The notes under the pieces: generated by a model
What the model was told of the DNA's origin: nothing
Seen by the model: the letters and a program-made list of their open reading frames with translations, nothing else
Databases searched by the model: none
Program-made: the position numbers and the translations under genes
Shown here: positions 17,665 to 27,073 of the stretch, piece by piece
Layout: each line of letters begins with the position of its first letter
How positions within the stretch are numbered: the first letter of the stretch is position 1
Origin: Bacilli bacterium
GTDB taxonomy: Bacteria; Bacillota_I; Bacilli_A; RFN20; CAG-826
Assembly: GCA_045598525.1 (NCBI GenBank)
Contig: JAZLMH010000023.1
Span: forward strand, 81,201-145,200
Direction: 5' to 3'
DNA length: 64,000 nt

Positions 17665-17808
17665 AGATAATCAAAAAGAAATTTGGTTGTTTGTAAGAAA
17701 ATAAAATTTCGCGATTATGTAGATAATCACAAACTTATCCACATTTCCCACAGGACATATATTATTAATATTAATAAAAGAAATAATAATTAAACGATAA
17801 ATGGAGGC
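17665..17808. other. oriC, downstream (dnaA-dnaN) DnaA boxes plus AT-rich unwinding candidate
   Basis: Perfect TTATCCACA at 17735-17743 abutting TTTCCCACA at 17744-17752, then ggac. Six in-phase TAW triplets at 17760-17777, within an almost pure A/T run from 17757 to 17794. Confidence 0.75.
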
Positions 17809-17814
17809 ATGCAT

Positions 17815-18936
17815 ATGCGATTCACGATTGATAAAGAACAACTATTAAAAGGACTTCTTATTGCTGGTAAAGGTATTAGTTCTAGAAATGCAAACCCACA
17901 ACTCCTTTGTTTCAAAATGGAGATGACTAGCATTGGTTTAGAAATCACCGCTTTCAATGGAGATGTTACCGTTTTCACTAGGGTCCCATTAAAGCTTAAC
18001 GAAAAAGAGATTATCAGAAACTATAGCTTAGGTTCTTCTCTTATCAGTGCGCATTTCTTAACCGAAATTGTAAGAAAAATGGAAGGAAACGAATTATCTT
18101 TAGACATCATTGATGAAAGTATCGCTAAAATCGATGATGGCAATTCTGTCTTTAAACTTCCGTGTATGAGCACGGATGAATACCCAGATATTGATTTAGA
18201 AGCAACTGGATCATCATTCTCCATCCCTTGCACAGATCTCACAAAACTCGTTGAACAAACAGCGTTTGCCGCTTTAGATAAAGATACACGTCCAATCCTT
18301 AATGCCATCAACCTCAAAGCTGAAGGTGGAAAATTAATTGCATCTGCAACCGATAGCGCTCGTTTATCAAGAAAATCCGTTCCCGTTGATTCAAACATCC
18401 GTTTCAACGCAAATGTTGCCGCTAAAACGATTGGCGATATTATTAAACTTTTTGAAAATAATTATGAAGTTCAAATTTGCTCAACCGGAGAGAAGATGAT
18501 TCTTTCATTCGGACAAACCATCGTTTCAACCCGCTTAATCGCTGGAGATTACCCGGTTTCCAATTCTATCATTCCTCAAAATTTCAATTATTCACTCCAA
18601 ATCAACTCGCAGCAGCTCTTAAACGCTATTGACCGTGTTTCTATCCTTTCCAGCGAAAGAGTTGCTACAGTCAAGCTTTGTATGACCTCTGACGGTGTTG
18701 AAATTTCTTCGTCGGGTGATCAAAACGGATCAGGATCCGAAAAACTTTCAACAATTCAATATCAAGGTGAAAGATTGGAAGTTGCATTTAACGCAATGTT
18801 CGTCACACAGGCTGTTCGTGCGTTAGGTGTTGAAGATGTCACCATGAAATTCATCGGAGAAATGAAACCATTCGTCATCATTGATCCAAAAGATGACTCG
18901 GTAATCGAACTCATCACACCGATGAGAGCACATTAA
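17815..18936 (+). CDS. dnaN: DNA polymerase III beta sliding clamp
   Basis: MRFTIDKEQLLKGL start, three-domain length. GGAGG at 17803-17807 is 7 nt from ATG 17815, so it is preferred over the track's ATG 17809. Confidence 0.95.
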   Translation: MRFTIDKEQLLKGLLIAGKGISSRNANPQLLCFKMEMTSIGLEITAFNGDVTVFTRVPLKLNEKEIIRNYSLGSSLISAHFLTEIVRKMEGNELSLDIIDESIAKIDDGNSVFKLPCMSTDEYPDIDLEATGSSFSIPCTDLTKLVEQTAFAALDKDTRPILNAINLKAEGGKLIASATDSARLSRKSVPVDSNIRFNANVAAKTIGDIIKLFENNYEVQICSTGEKMILSFGQTIVSTRLIAGDYPVSNSIIPQNFNYSLQINSQQLLNAIDRVSILSSERVATVKLCMTSDGVEISSSGDQNGSGSEKLSTIQYQGERLEVAFNAMFVTQAVRALGVEDVTMKFIGEMKPFVIIDPKDDSVIELITPMRAH

Positions 18937-18960
18937 AAAACCGTTAAAAAACGCTTAAAA

Positions 18961-18989
18961 AAGGAGTGAAAAAATTCATTCCTTTTTTT
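18961..18989 (+). terminator. Rho-independent terminator after dnaN
   Basis: AAGGAGTGA-aaaaat-TCATTCCTT (one G.U pair) followed by a T-run. Confidence 0.6.
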
Positions 18990-19024
18990 ACTACATAGTA
19001 GTAAACTATATTAGAGGTATAAAA

Positions 19025-19243
19025 GTGTCCAAAATCGCGTCAGAAATAGCCATTACAACCGAATTCATCACTTTAGGTCAATTTCTCAAATTCGCTGATG
19101 TAATCTCTTGGGGCGGGGAAGCTAAGGCTTATCTTGCAACCCATGAGGTTAAGATCAATGGAGAGAATGACAACCGTCGTGGTAGAAAACTCCGCCCTGG
19201 CGATGAAATCGTTCTTGAAGAAGGCACGTTCAAAATTGTTTAA
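19025..19243 (+). CDS. yaaA: S4-domain RNA-binding protein YaaA
   Basis: GTG start. ITLGQFLKFADVISWGGEAKAYLATHEVKINGENDNRRGRKLRPGDEI is an S4 fold. Conserved dnaN-yaaA-recF position. Confidence 0.88.
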   Translation: MSKIASEIAITTEFITLGQFLKFADVISWGGEAKAYLATHEVKINGENDNRRGRKLRPGDEIVLEEGTFKIV

Positions 19244-19245
19244 AG

Positions 19246-20316
19246 ATGAAAGTAACGCATCTTGAGCTCCGCAATTTCAGAAATTACGAAACAGTCTCAT
19301 TGGATTTCAATGAAGGCTTAACCGTAATTCAAGGAACGAACGGATCGGGTAAAACAAACCTAGCTGAAGCTGTTTATTACCTTAGTCTTGCAAAAAGCTG
19401 GCGCACTAATGAATATTCTGCGTTGATTAAAGATGGCTACAACCAAGCGTTGATCAAAGCGAGGATTGAAGAAGATGGACTTCACCGTGATATAGAAATA
19501 TCGATTGTCCCAAAAGGAAGAAAGATATGCATTAACGGTAAACCAGCTCGTAGATTGAGTGAATTATCAAAACTCATCAACGTAACACTCTTCTCACCTG
19601 AGGATGTAAATATCTTCAAAGGACCACCTGGAGACAGAAGATCGTTCTTAGACACAAGCATCTCTAAAAAATCGTTTGAGTATTTCAATCTTATTGGGAA
19701 ATATAACAAGCTGATTACTGAAAGAAATGCTGCTCTAAAATCAGAAACTCCAGATTTAACCCTCATCCAGATACTCACAGACCAAATAATCGAGGTAAGT
19801 GAGCCGATTAGCCATTATAGGCGCAAATACATAGACGACTTGAATGAAATCCTATCCAGCCTCGCAAGCGAACTCTATGGGCATGATAGGCGCGTCCTCA
19901 TCGTTTATAAACCTTTCATCAAATCAGAAACAAACTGGAAAGATGAAGCAATAAAAGCATACAAGCGATCATTGGATAGTGATTTAGCTAGAAAAATCAC
20001 TCAAATAGGAATCCATCGCGAAGATTTCTCGTTAAATCTAGATGATGGAGATATCGCTTTATATGGAAGCCAAGGGGAGAATCGCTTAGCAGCGATTGCT
20101 CTCAAAATAGCCCCATTCTTCTTAATAGAAAATGGAGAAAAACGTCCAATCACTGTCTTAGATGATGTTTATAGTGAATTGGATGAGAATCACGCTACAA
20201 AGCTCTCGAATTTAGTTATGAAACACCTTAAACAGGTGTTTATCACTACTACGGGCGCGCGTATACAAGGCGCTTCATATATAGAAGTGTCAGATAAAAA
20301 AGCCGTTAGGAGGTAA
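19246..20316 (+). CDS. recF: DNA replication/repair protein RecF
   Basis: Walker [17 protein letters not shown]-like signature [22 protein letters not shown]. Confidence 0.95.
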   Translation: MKVTHLELRNFRNYETVSLDFNEGLTVIQGTNGSGKTNLAEAVYYLSLAKSWRTNEYSALIKDGYNQALIKARIEEDGLHRDIEISIVPKGRKICINGKPARRLSELSKLINVTLFSPEDVNIFKGPPGDRRSFLDTSISKKSFEYFNLIGKYNKLITERNAALKSETPDLTLIQILTDQIIEVSEPISHYRRKYIDDLNEILSSLASELYGHDRRVLIVYKPFIKSETNWKDEAIKAYKRSLDSDLARKITQIGIHREDFSLNLDDGDIALYGSQGENRLAAIALKIAPFFLIENGEKRPITVLDDVYSELDENHATKLSNLVMKHLKQVFITTTGARIQGASYIEVSDKKAVRR

Positions 20317-20320
20317 CAGA

Positions 20321-22396
20321 ATGGCAAACGAAATCGAAGAAAAGAAACTCGAAGCCAATGAAGCAGCGGCACCTGCTCCAGAAGCCGAAGAGGATCGCTT
20401 CCAATACAAAACGGAAGACATCAGTGACGATAAGAATCTCGTCAAAGCGGATGCAAACTACACCGCTGAAAACATTCAGGTCCTTGAAGGTCTTGAAGCT
20501 GTCAGAAAACGTCCAGGTATGTACATCGCTACAACCGCAGCAGCAGGTCTTCATCACCTTGTTTGGGAAATCGTTGATAACGCAATCGACGAAGCGTTAG
20601 CTGGGTATTGCGATAACATCCAAGTCTTTATCGAACCAGACAACTCAATCACCGTTACTGATAATGGACGTGGTATTCCAGTTGATATCGTTGCCAAATC
20701 CGGATTATCAGGTGTTGAAACAGCATACACAATCCTTCATGCCGGTGGTAAGTTTGGCGAAGGCGGCGGCTATAAAGTTTCTGGCGGTCTCCATGGTGTT
20801 GGCGCATCTGTTGTTAACGCATTATCAACAATGTGTGAAGTTACCGTTAAGAAAGCTGGCGGCGTTCATTACGTTAAATTCGTTGACGGCGGTAAAATCG
20901 TTGAACATTTAAAGAAAATCGGTGTATGTGGGGAAGATGAACATGGAACAAGCGTTCACTTCAAACCAGATCCAGAGATTTTCACAGAAACAACAATTTA
21001 TAACTACGAAACCATTAAGAACCATTTAAGACAAATGGCATTCCTTAATGGCGGTGTCAGAATCACTCTCACAGACAAACGTGCCGAAACTCCTGTTACT
21101 GAGACATTCCAATTCAACGGAGGTATCCGTGAATATGTTTCCTTTATCAACCAAGGAAAAGATATTATCAACCAAGACGTCATCTATTGCAGAGGCGCTG
21201 AAGAAGTCACACTTCTCGATGGTGTCACAAAAGAGATCATCTACGCAGAAATCTCCATGCAATGGACTGGCTATTATAACAGCGATGGTGTTTATTCCTT
21301 CTGTAACAACATTTCAACAAAAGAAGGCGGAACACATGTCGAAGGCTTTAACATCGCTTTAAACAAAGCCATCAACGCATACGCAAGACAATTCAAACTT
21401 CTCGAAGAAAAAGAAAATAACTTCACCACAGAAGACTGCCGTGAAGGTTTGACATGCGTTATTTCTGTTAAGCACCCTAACCCACAATATGAAGGTCAGA
21501 CAAAGACAAAACTCGGAAACAGTGAAGTCAGAAAGATTGTTTCCACAATCGTCTCTGAACATTTCAGACAATTCCTTCTTGAGCATCCAGATCAGGCTAA
21601 GACTATCGTTACCAAAGTCCGCCAGGCTGCAAAGGGCCGTGTTGCCGCACAGGCCGCTCGTGAAGCTACAAGAAAAACTGCCATGGGCATCACAACTCTT
21701 CCAGGTAAATTAGCGGATTGTTCAAGCCGTACCCCAGAAGAATGCGAACTTTATATTGTTGAGGGTAACTCAGCAGGCGGTTCCGCTAAAGTTGGCCGTG
21801 ATAGAAAAACACAGGCTATCCTCCCATTAAGAGGTAAGATCCTTAATGTTGAGAAAGCTACAGAAGAAAGAATCTTCAAGAACGCAGAAATCGGAAATAT
21901 GATCACCGCAATCGGTGCAGGTATCCGTGAAGAATTTGATGTTAGCAAGATCAGATATCACAAAATCGTCATCATGACAGATGCTGACGTTGACGGCGAC
22001 CATATCAGAATCCTTCTCTTAACATTCTTCTACAGATTCATGAAACCTCTTATTGATGGCGGTTACGTTTATATTGCACAACCACCACTTTATAAGATCG
22101 AATACAAAGGCCAGGCATATTACGCTTACAACGATGACCAACTTGAACAGCTTAAGAAAGGCCTCAACCTTAAGCCTGGCTACCCATTCCAGCGTTACAA
22201 AGGTTTAGGTGAAATGGACGCTCAGCAGCTTTGGGAAACAACAATGGACCCAGCAGCACGTAAGATGATCCGTATCACCGTTGATGACGCCACTTTAGCA
22301 GACAAAGCATTCACTGATCTTATGGGCGATGATGTTGAACCACGCCGTGATTTCATCATCAAGAATGCTAAGTTCGTCCAGAACATTGACATTTAA
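20321..22396 (+). CDS. gyrB: DNA gyrase subunit B (with an acidic N-terminal extension of about 45 aa)
   Basis: [22 protein letters not shown] ATPase, Toprim [31 protein letters not shown]. Confidence 0.97.
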   Translation: MANEIEEKKLEANEAAAPAPEAEEDRFQYKTEDISDDKNLVKADANYTAENIQVLEGLEAVRKRPGMYIATTAAAGLHHLVWEIVDNAIDEALAGYCDNIQVFIEPDNSITVTDNGRGIPVDIVAKSGLSGVETAYTILHAGGKFGEGGGYKVSGGLHGVGASVVNALSTMCEVTVKKAGGVHYVKFVDGGKIVEHLKKIGVCGEDEHGTSVHFKPDPEIFTETTIYNYETIKNHLRQMAFLNGGVRITLTDKRAETPVTETFQFNGGIREYVSFINQGKDIINQDVIYCRGAEEVTLLDGVTKEIIYAEISMQWTGYYNSDGVYSFCNNISTKEGGTHVEGFNIALNKAINAYARQFKLLEEKENNFTTEDCREGLTCVISVKHPNPQYEGQTKTKLGNSEVRKIVSTIVSEHFRQFLLEHPDQAKTIVTKVRQAAKGRVAAQAAREATRKTAMGITTLPGKLADCSSRTPEECELYIVEGNSAGGSAKVGRDRKTQAILPLRGKILNVEKATEERIFKNAEIGNMITAIGAGIREEFDVSKIRYHKIVIMTDADVDGDHIRILLLTFFYRFMKPLIDGGYVYIAQPPLYKIEYKGQAYYAYNDDQLEQLKKGLNLKPGYPFQRYKGLGEMDAQQLWETTMDPAARKMIRITVDDATLADKAFTDLMGDDVEPRRDFIIKNAKFVQNIDI

Positions 22397-22414
22397 TGAA
22401 GGAGGAAAACGATT

Positions 22415-25048
22415 ATGGCAGACGAAAAAGAATTAAATAACGAAGCCGAGACAAAAGAAGTCGAAGGCGAAGAAAATACTTCCGGCATTGTCGCAGGTAT
22501 TGCTGCAGGTCTTATTGACCGTGAAATCACAAACGAAGTTCAAACAGCATTCCTTTCCTACTCAATGTCAGTTATCGAAGCTCGTGCTATTCCTGATGTT
22601 CGTGACGGTTTAAAACCAGTTCAAAGACGTATCATCTATGGCATGAACGAATCAGGCATGCAACCTGGAAAACCATATAAAAAGAGCGCTCGTATCGTTG
22701 GAGACGTTATGGGTAAATACCACCCACACGGCGATTCTGCTCTTTATGGAACACTTGTTCGTATGGCTCAGCCATTCGCAATGAGATATACACTTGTCGA
22801 CGGTCATGGTAACTTCGGTTCCATCGACGGAGATGAAGCAGCTGCTATGCGTTACACCGAGGCTAGAATGAACCGTCTTGCGGTTGAAATGGTTCGTGAC
22901 CTCGACAAAGAAACAGTCAATTTCGTAGATAACTATGATGGCACAGAAATAGAACCATCAGTTCTTCCTAGCCGTTTCCCAAACCTTCTTGTCAATGGCT
23001 CTGAAGGTATTGCTGTTGGTATGGCAACAAACATGCCAACCCACAACCTCACTGTGGCTATCAACGCTTGTATTGCCGTCGCTCGCAATCCAGAAATTAC
23101 ACCGCTTGAATTGATGCAGAACTACATCTATGGTCCTGACTTCCCAACTGGCGGCGTTATTCTTGGAAGAAAAGGCATTGCTGATTACTTTGCTACCGGT
23201 ACAGGCACAGTCGCTATCCGTTCAAAATTCCACACAGAGGAAATGAATAACGGCAAATCACGTATTATCATCACCGAAACCCCATATCAGGTTAACAAGG
23301 CATCCATGATTGAAAACATGGCAACCCTTGCTCGCGACAAGGTTATCGATGGTATTGCCGAAATCCGCGATGAATCAAACAAGGAAGGCACACGTGTTGT
23401 TATCGAAGTTAAGAAAGACTTCATCCCTGAAGTTGTCGCAAACAACCTTCTCAAACACACCTCTATGCAGATCACTTATGGTGTTATCAACCTCTGTTTG
23501 GTTAATGGCGAACCAAAAGTTCTTTCCATGAAGGAACTTATTGAAAACTATAATGAATTCCAAGTTGAAGTCCTCACAAGAAGAACAAAATATCTTCTCA
23601 AGAGAGACAGCGATAGAGACCATATTGTTGTTGGTTTAATCCTTGCTCACGATAACATCGATGAAATCATTAATATCATTCGTAGCAGTAAAAACGATGA
23701 GGAATCTGCAACAAAATTAGCGGAAAGATTTGGTTTATCAAAACCTCAAATCGATTCAATCCTTGCTATGACACTTCGTCGTTTACAAGGCATGGAACAA
23801 GACAAGCTCCAAGCCGAACACAAAGAACTTTGTGCAAACATTGAACACTATCAGTTCTTACTCAGCGACAGAAAGAACGTCGTTGAACTTATGATTGAAG
23901 AACTCACAGCAACACGTGATCGCTATGGCGATGAACGTATGACAGTCATCAGCGACGAAGCTGCTTCAATCGAAAATGAAGACCTCCTTCCACAGGAAGA
24001 CATCATCGTTGTTCTTACCAAGAACGGTTATGTTAAGAGAATGAACGACCAGACCTTCAGAACACAAAATCGTGGAGGACGTGGTGTAAAAGGCGTTACA
24101 ACCACCTCTGGCGACACAGTTCACCTCATGCTTCACACAAAGACACATACAGACATCATGTTCTTTAGCTCATATGGCAAAGTTTACAGAATGCGTGGCT
24201 ACATGATTCCAGATGGAGCAAGAGATTCCAAAGGCATGCCAGCAATCAACTTGCTTAACCTTGAACAAGAAGAAAAGATTGTCGCAATTGTCCCAGCAGA
24301 TGAATATGCAGCTGACAACTACCTCTTCTTCGTCACTGTTCATGGCGTAGTTAAGAGAACCCCAATGTCAGAATTCGAAAGCATCCACTCCAATGGTAAG
24401 AAGGCTCTTACCCTTAGAGAAGATGATGAACTCCTGTGTGTCAAGAAGACAGACGGCAACTGTATTATCAAACTTGCTTCAAGCAACGGTAAAGTCTGCT
24501 CCTTCCATGAAAACGAAGTCCGTTCAATGGGTCGTGGCGCAGCGGGTGTCACCGGTATGGATCTCAAAGACGGTTCACACCTCGTTGACGCAACAACATC
24601 ACTCGAAGGCGACAAGATCCTTGTCTTAACAACTCTTGGTTACGGTAAGATCAGCTATGCTGAAGATACTGACGTTCTCCAAGAAGACGGAACCACACGC
24701 CACTACGATGGTTACCGCCGCACATCCAGAGGCGCAAAAGGTGTTCTCTCACTTAAAGAAAACTCAAAGAACGGTGAACTTACCGGCATGAGATCTATCC
24801 ACGGTGACGAAGACATTATGGTCATCACCAACAAAGGCATTGTTATCAGAACCCCATTATCACAGGTTCACATCGCAGGCCGTAACACCGTTGGTGTCAA
24901 GATCATCAACCTTGATCCAAAGAACAAAGTTGCATCCTTTGCAATCGTTCCACATCAAGACGAAGAAGAACTTGTTGAGACAGAAATTACTGCTGAAGAG
25001 CAACCAGCAGAACCAATCAATAACCCAACTCCAGACCAAGTTGAGTAA
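22415..25048 (+). CDS. gyrA: DNA gyrase subunit A
   Basis: [34 protein letters not shown] (QRDR), [11 protein letters not shown] active-site Tyr region, beta-pinwheel CTD, acidic tail. Confidence 0.97.
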   Translation: MADEKELNNEAETKEVEGEENTSGIVAGIAAGLIDREITNEVQTAFLSYSMSVIEARAIPDVRDGLKPVQRRIIYGMNESGMQPGKPYKKSARIVGDVMGKYHPHGDSALYGTLVRMAQPFAMRYTLVDGHGNFGSIDGDEAAAMRYTEARMNRLAVEMVRDLDKETVNFVDNYDGTEIEPSVLPSRFPNLLVNGSEGIAVGMATNMPTHNLTVAINACIAVARNPEITPLELMQNYIYGPDFPTGGVILGRKGIADYFATGTGTVAIRSKFHTEEMNNGKSRIIITETPYQVNKASMIENMATLARDKVIDGIAEIRDESNKEGTRVVIEVKKDFIPEVVANNLLKHTSMQITYGVINLCLVNGEPKVLSMKELIENYNEFQVEVLTRRTKYLLKRDSDRDHIVVGLILAHDNIDEIINIIRSSKNDEESATKLAERFGLSKPQIDSILAMTLRRLQGMEQDKLQAEHKELCANIEHYQFLLSDRKNVVELMIEELTATRDRYGDERMTVISDEAASIENEDLLPQEDIIVVLTKNGYVKRMNDQTFRTQNRGGRGVKGVTTTSGDTVHLMLHTKTHTDIMFFSSYGKVYRMRGYMIPDGARDSKGMPAINLLNLEQEEKIVAIVPADEYAADNYLFFVTVHGVVKRTPMSEFESIHSNGKKALTLREDDELLCVKKTDGNCIIKLASSNGKVCSFHENEVRSMGRGAAGVTGMDLKDGSHLVDATTSLEGDKILVLTTLGYGKISYAEDTDVLQEDGTTRHYDGYRRTSRGAKGVLSLKENSKNGELTGMRSIHGDEDIMVITNKGIVIRTPLSQVHIAGRNTVGVKIINLDPKNKVASFAIVPHQDEEELVETEITAEEQPAEPINNPTPDQVE

Positions 25049-25076
25049 CAACTATTAAAAAACGGAGATATATAAA

Positions 25077-26360
25077 ATGATTGACGCAAAACTTATTGAA
25101 AGCCGTCCTGAATACGTTAAGGAAGCTCTTAAAAAGAAAAACTGGGACTTTGACCCAGAACCACTTCTTGCTCTCTTTGTGAGAAGAAGAGAACTTCTTA
25201 AAGAAGTTGAAACAAACAAAGCAGAACAAAACCGCCTTTCTAAATCAGTTCCTATGGTTAAGAAAGAAGGCGGTGATGTCCAAGCGCTCTTTGCAAAAGT
25301 AAAAGCTTTAGCAGCAGAAAACAAAGACAAAGAAGTCGAACTTGGCAACGTTGAGAATGAAATCCAAGCACAGATTGAAGTTCTTCCAAACATGCCTGAT
25401 GACGATCTTCTCTCTGGCGGCAAAGAGAATAACACACCAATTTCTCACTTTGGCGAAGAACCAAAATTTGAAGGTTTTACACCAAAAGACCATGTCGAAT
25501 TAGCCGAATCACTTGGCTTAATCGACTACAAACGCGCTGCTAAAATTTCTGGCACAGGCACTTGGATTTACACGAATTTAGGTGCTCGCTTAGAATGGGC
25601 TCTTGTTAACTACTTCATCTCAACCCACCTCACAGATGGTTATGAAATGATTCTTCCTCCACACATCCTCAACGAACAAAGCGGCTACACAGCAGGCCAG
25701 TTCCCAAAATTCAGAGAAGATGTCTTCTGGCTCGAAGGACAAGAACCAAAGAAGTTTATTCTTCCAACCGCTGAAACAGCATTAGTCAACCTTCATAGAG
25801 ACGAGGTCTTAAGCGAAGAAGACTTACCAAAGAAATACTTTGCTTATACTCCTTGCTACCGTAAGGAAGCAGGTTCATATAGGACCGAAGAAAGAGGCAT
25901 GATTCGTGGATACCAATTCAATAAAGTTGAAATGGTTCAATACACCACAGACGATGGCTCTGATGCAGCTTTTGACGAACTCGTCAAGAAAGCAGAAGCT
26001 TTACTTCAGGGTTTAGGACTTTGCTACCAGCTCAACAAACTCGCTGCAGGCGATTGCTCACACTCCATGGCTAGAACCTATGACATCGAAGTCTATATTC
26101 CATCCATGAACATCTATAAAGAAGTATCGAGCGTTTCTAACGCAAGAGATTACCAGGCAAGACGCGGCATGTGCAGATACAAAGACAAAGAAGGCAAAAT
26201 GCACTTCTGTCACACATTAAACGGCTCTGGCTTAGCTACCTCACGCGTATTCCCGGCGCTCCTTGAACAGAACCAGCAAGCTGATGGATCGGTCATCATC
26301 CCAGAGGTTCTCCGTCCATTCATGGGCGGACTTGCCGTTCTTAAACCAATTAAGAAATAA
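25077..26360 (+). CDS. serS: Seryl-tRNA synthetase
   Basis: Coiled-coil N-arm, class II motifs (YRTEERGMIRGYQFNKVEM, GSGLATSRVFPALLE). Only 28 nt after gyrA. Confidence 0.96.
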   Translation: MIDAKLIESRPEYVKEALKKKNWDFDPEPLLALFVRRRELLKEVETNKAEQNRLSKSVPMVKKEGGDVQALFAKVKALAAENKDKEVELGNVENEIQAQIEVLPNMPDDDLLSGGKENNTPISHFGEEPKFEGFTPKDHVELAESLGLIDYKRAAKISGTGTWIYTNLGARLEWALVNYFISTHLTDGYEMILPPHILNEQSGYTAGQFPKFREDVFWLEGQEPKKFILPTAETALVNLHRDEVLSEEDLPKKYFAYTPCYRKEAGSYRTEERGMIRGYQFNKVEMVQYTTDDGSDAAFDELVKKAEALLQGLGLCYQLNKLAAGDCSHSMARTYDIEVYIPSMNIYKEVSSVSNARDYQARRGMCRYKDKEGKMHFCHTLNGSGLATSRVFPALLEQNQQADGSVIIPEVLRPFMGGLAVLKPIKK

Positions 26361-26373
26361 ATAAGAAAAAATT

Positions 26374-26401
26374 AGGGGGGTCTTAAAGGTCCCCCTTTTT
26401 T
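26374..26401 (+). terminator. Rho-independent terminator after serS
   Basis: AGGGGGG-tcttaaaggt-CCCCCT followed by TTTTTT. Confidence 0.7.
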
Positions 26402-26430
26402 ATGTTGCAACTCTCCCATATAATAATTAA

Positions 26431-26509
<79 letters not shown>

Positions 26510-26518
26510 TTTATTTAT

Positions 26519-26974
26519 ATGGAAAACATTGACGAAAAATATATGAAAAGAGCCATTGAGTTGGCGAAACAAGCAGAAACGTATGGTGAAATTCCTGTTG
26601 GTGCCGTGGTTGTTTTAAATAATCAAATCATTGGCGAAGGGTTCAATAAAAGAGAATCAAAATTGGATATTTCCAGCCACGCGGAAATAGAAGCTCTCAA
26701 AGACGCCGAAAAAAGAATTGGTAATTGGAGACTTGATGGAGCGACCATTTACGTTACTCTTGAACCGTGTTTAATGTGTTCTGGGGCTATTTTACAAAGC
26801 AGACTATCCAAAGTTGTCTTCGGTTCATATGACGAGAAAGATGGGGCGCTTGTTTCTTGTTATTACGTCTATGACGCGCCTTCAATTCATGAACGCCCAC
26901 TAGTTTACGGAGGGGTTCTTAAAGAAGAATGCGACTCTTTGCTTAAGGGCTTCTTTTCCAACAAAAGAAAATAG
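26519..26974 (+). CDS. tadA: tRNA-specific adenosine(34) deaminase
   Basis: HAEIEAL ... TLEPCLMCSGAI is the CDA zinc motif. 151 aa. Confidence 0.94.
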   Translation: MENIDEKYMKRAIELAKQAETYGEIPVGAVVVLNNQIIGEGFNKRESKLDISSHAEIEALKDAEKRIGNWRLDGATIYVTLEPCLMCSGAILQSRLSKVVFGSYDEKDGALVSCYYVYDAPSIHERPLVYGGVLKEECDSLLKGFFSNKRK

Positions 26975-27057
26975 ACTCTTATTATTCGATTGAGGCTGAG
27001 TTTTTATACTCCGACAAAAAATTTTTATAAATCTTCGGTAAAATGTGGTTTTCCCCG

Positions 27058-27066
27058 TGTTATACT
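27058..27066 (+). promoter_or_regulatory. Extended -10 placed for a leaderless P-type ATPase transcript
   Basis: TGtTATACT at 27058-27066, tttgaca (7 nt), ATG 27074. No SD. Confidence 0.4.
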
Positions 27067-27073
27067 TTTGACA

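Noticed and set aside
25049-25076. T-box leaders upstream of serS, and likewise upstream of metG (34679..34811).
   Set aside because: The spacers are 28 nt and about 130 nt. The metG spacer is largely filled by the rpmE terminator and a promoter. Neither has a specifier-loop/T-box (AATTAGGGTGGTACCGCG-like) sequence, and both are too short.
26990-27073. The TTG-initiated 28-codon N-terminal extension of the P-type ATPase given in the track.
   Set aside because: No SD is present. The extension (MRLSFYTPTKNFYKSSVKCGFPRVILLT) is not part of the family's N-terminus. The region instead contains a TGtTATACT promoter element aimed at ATG 27074.
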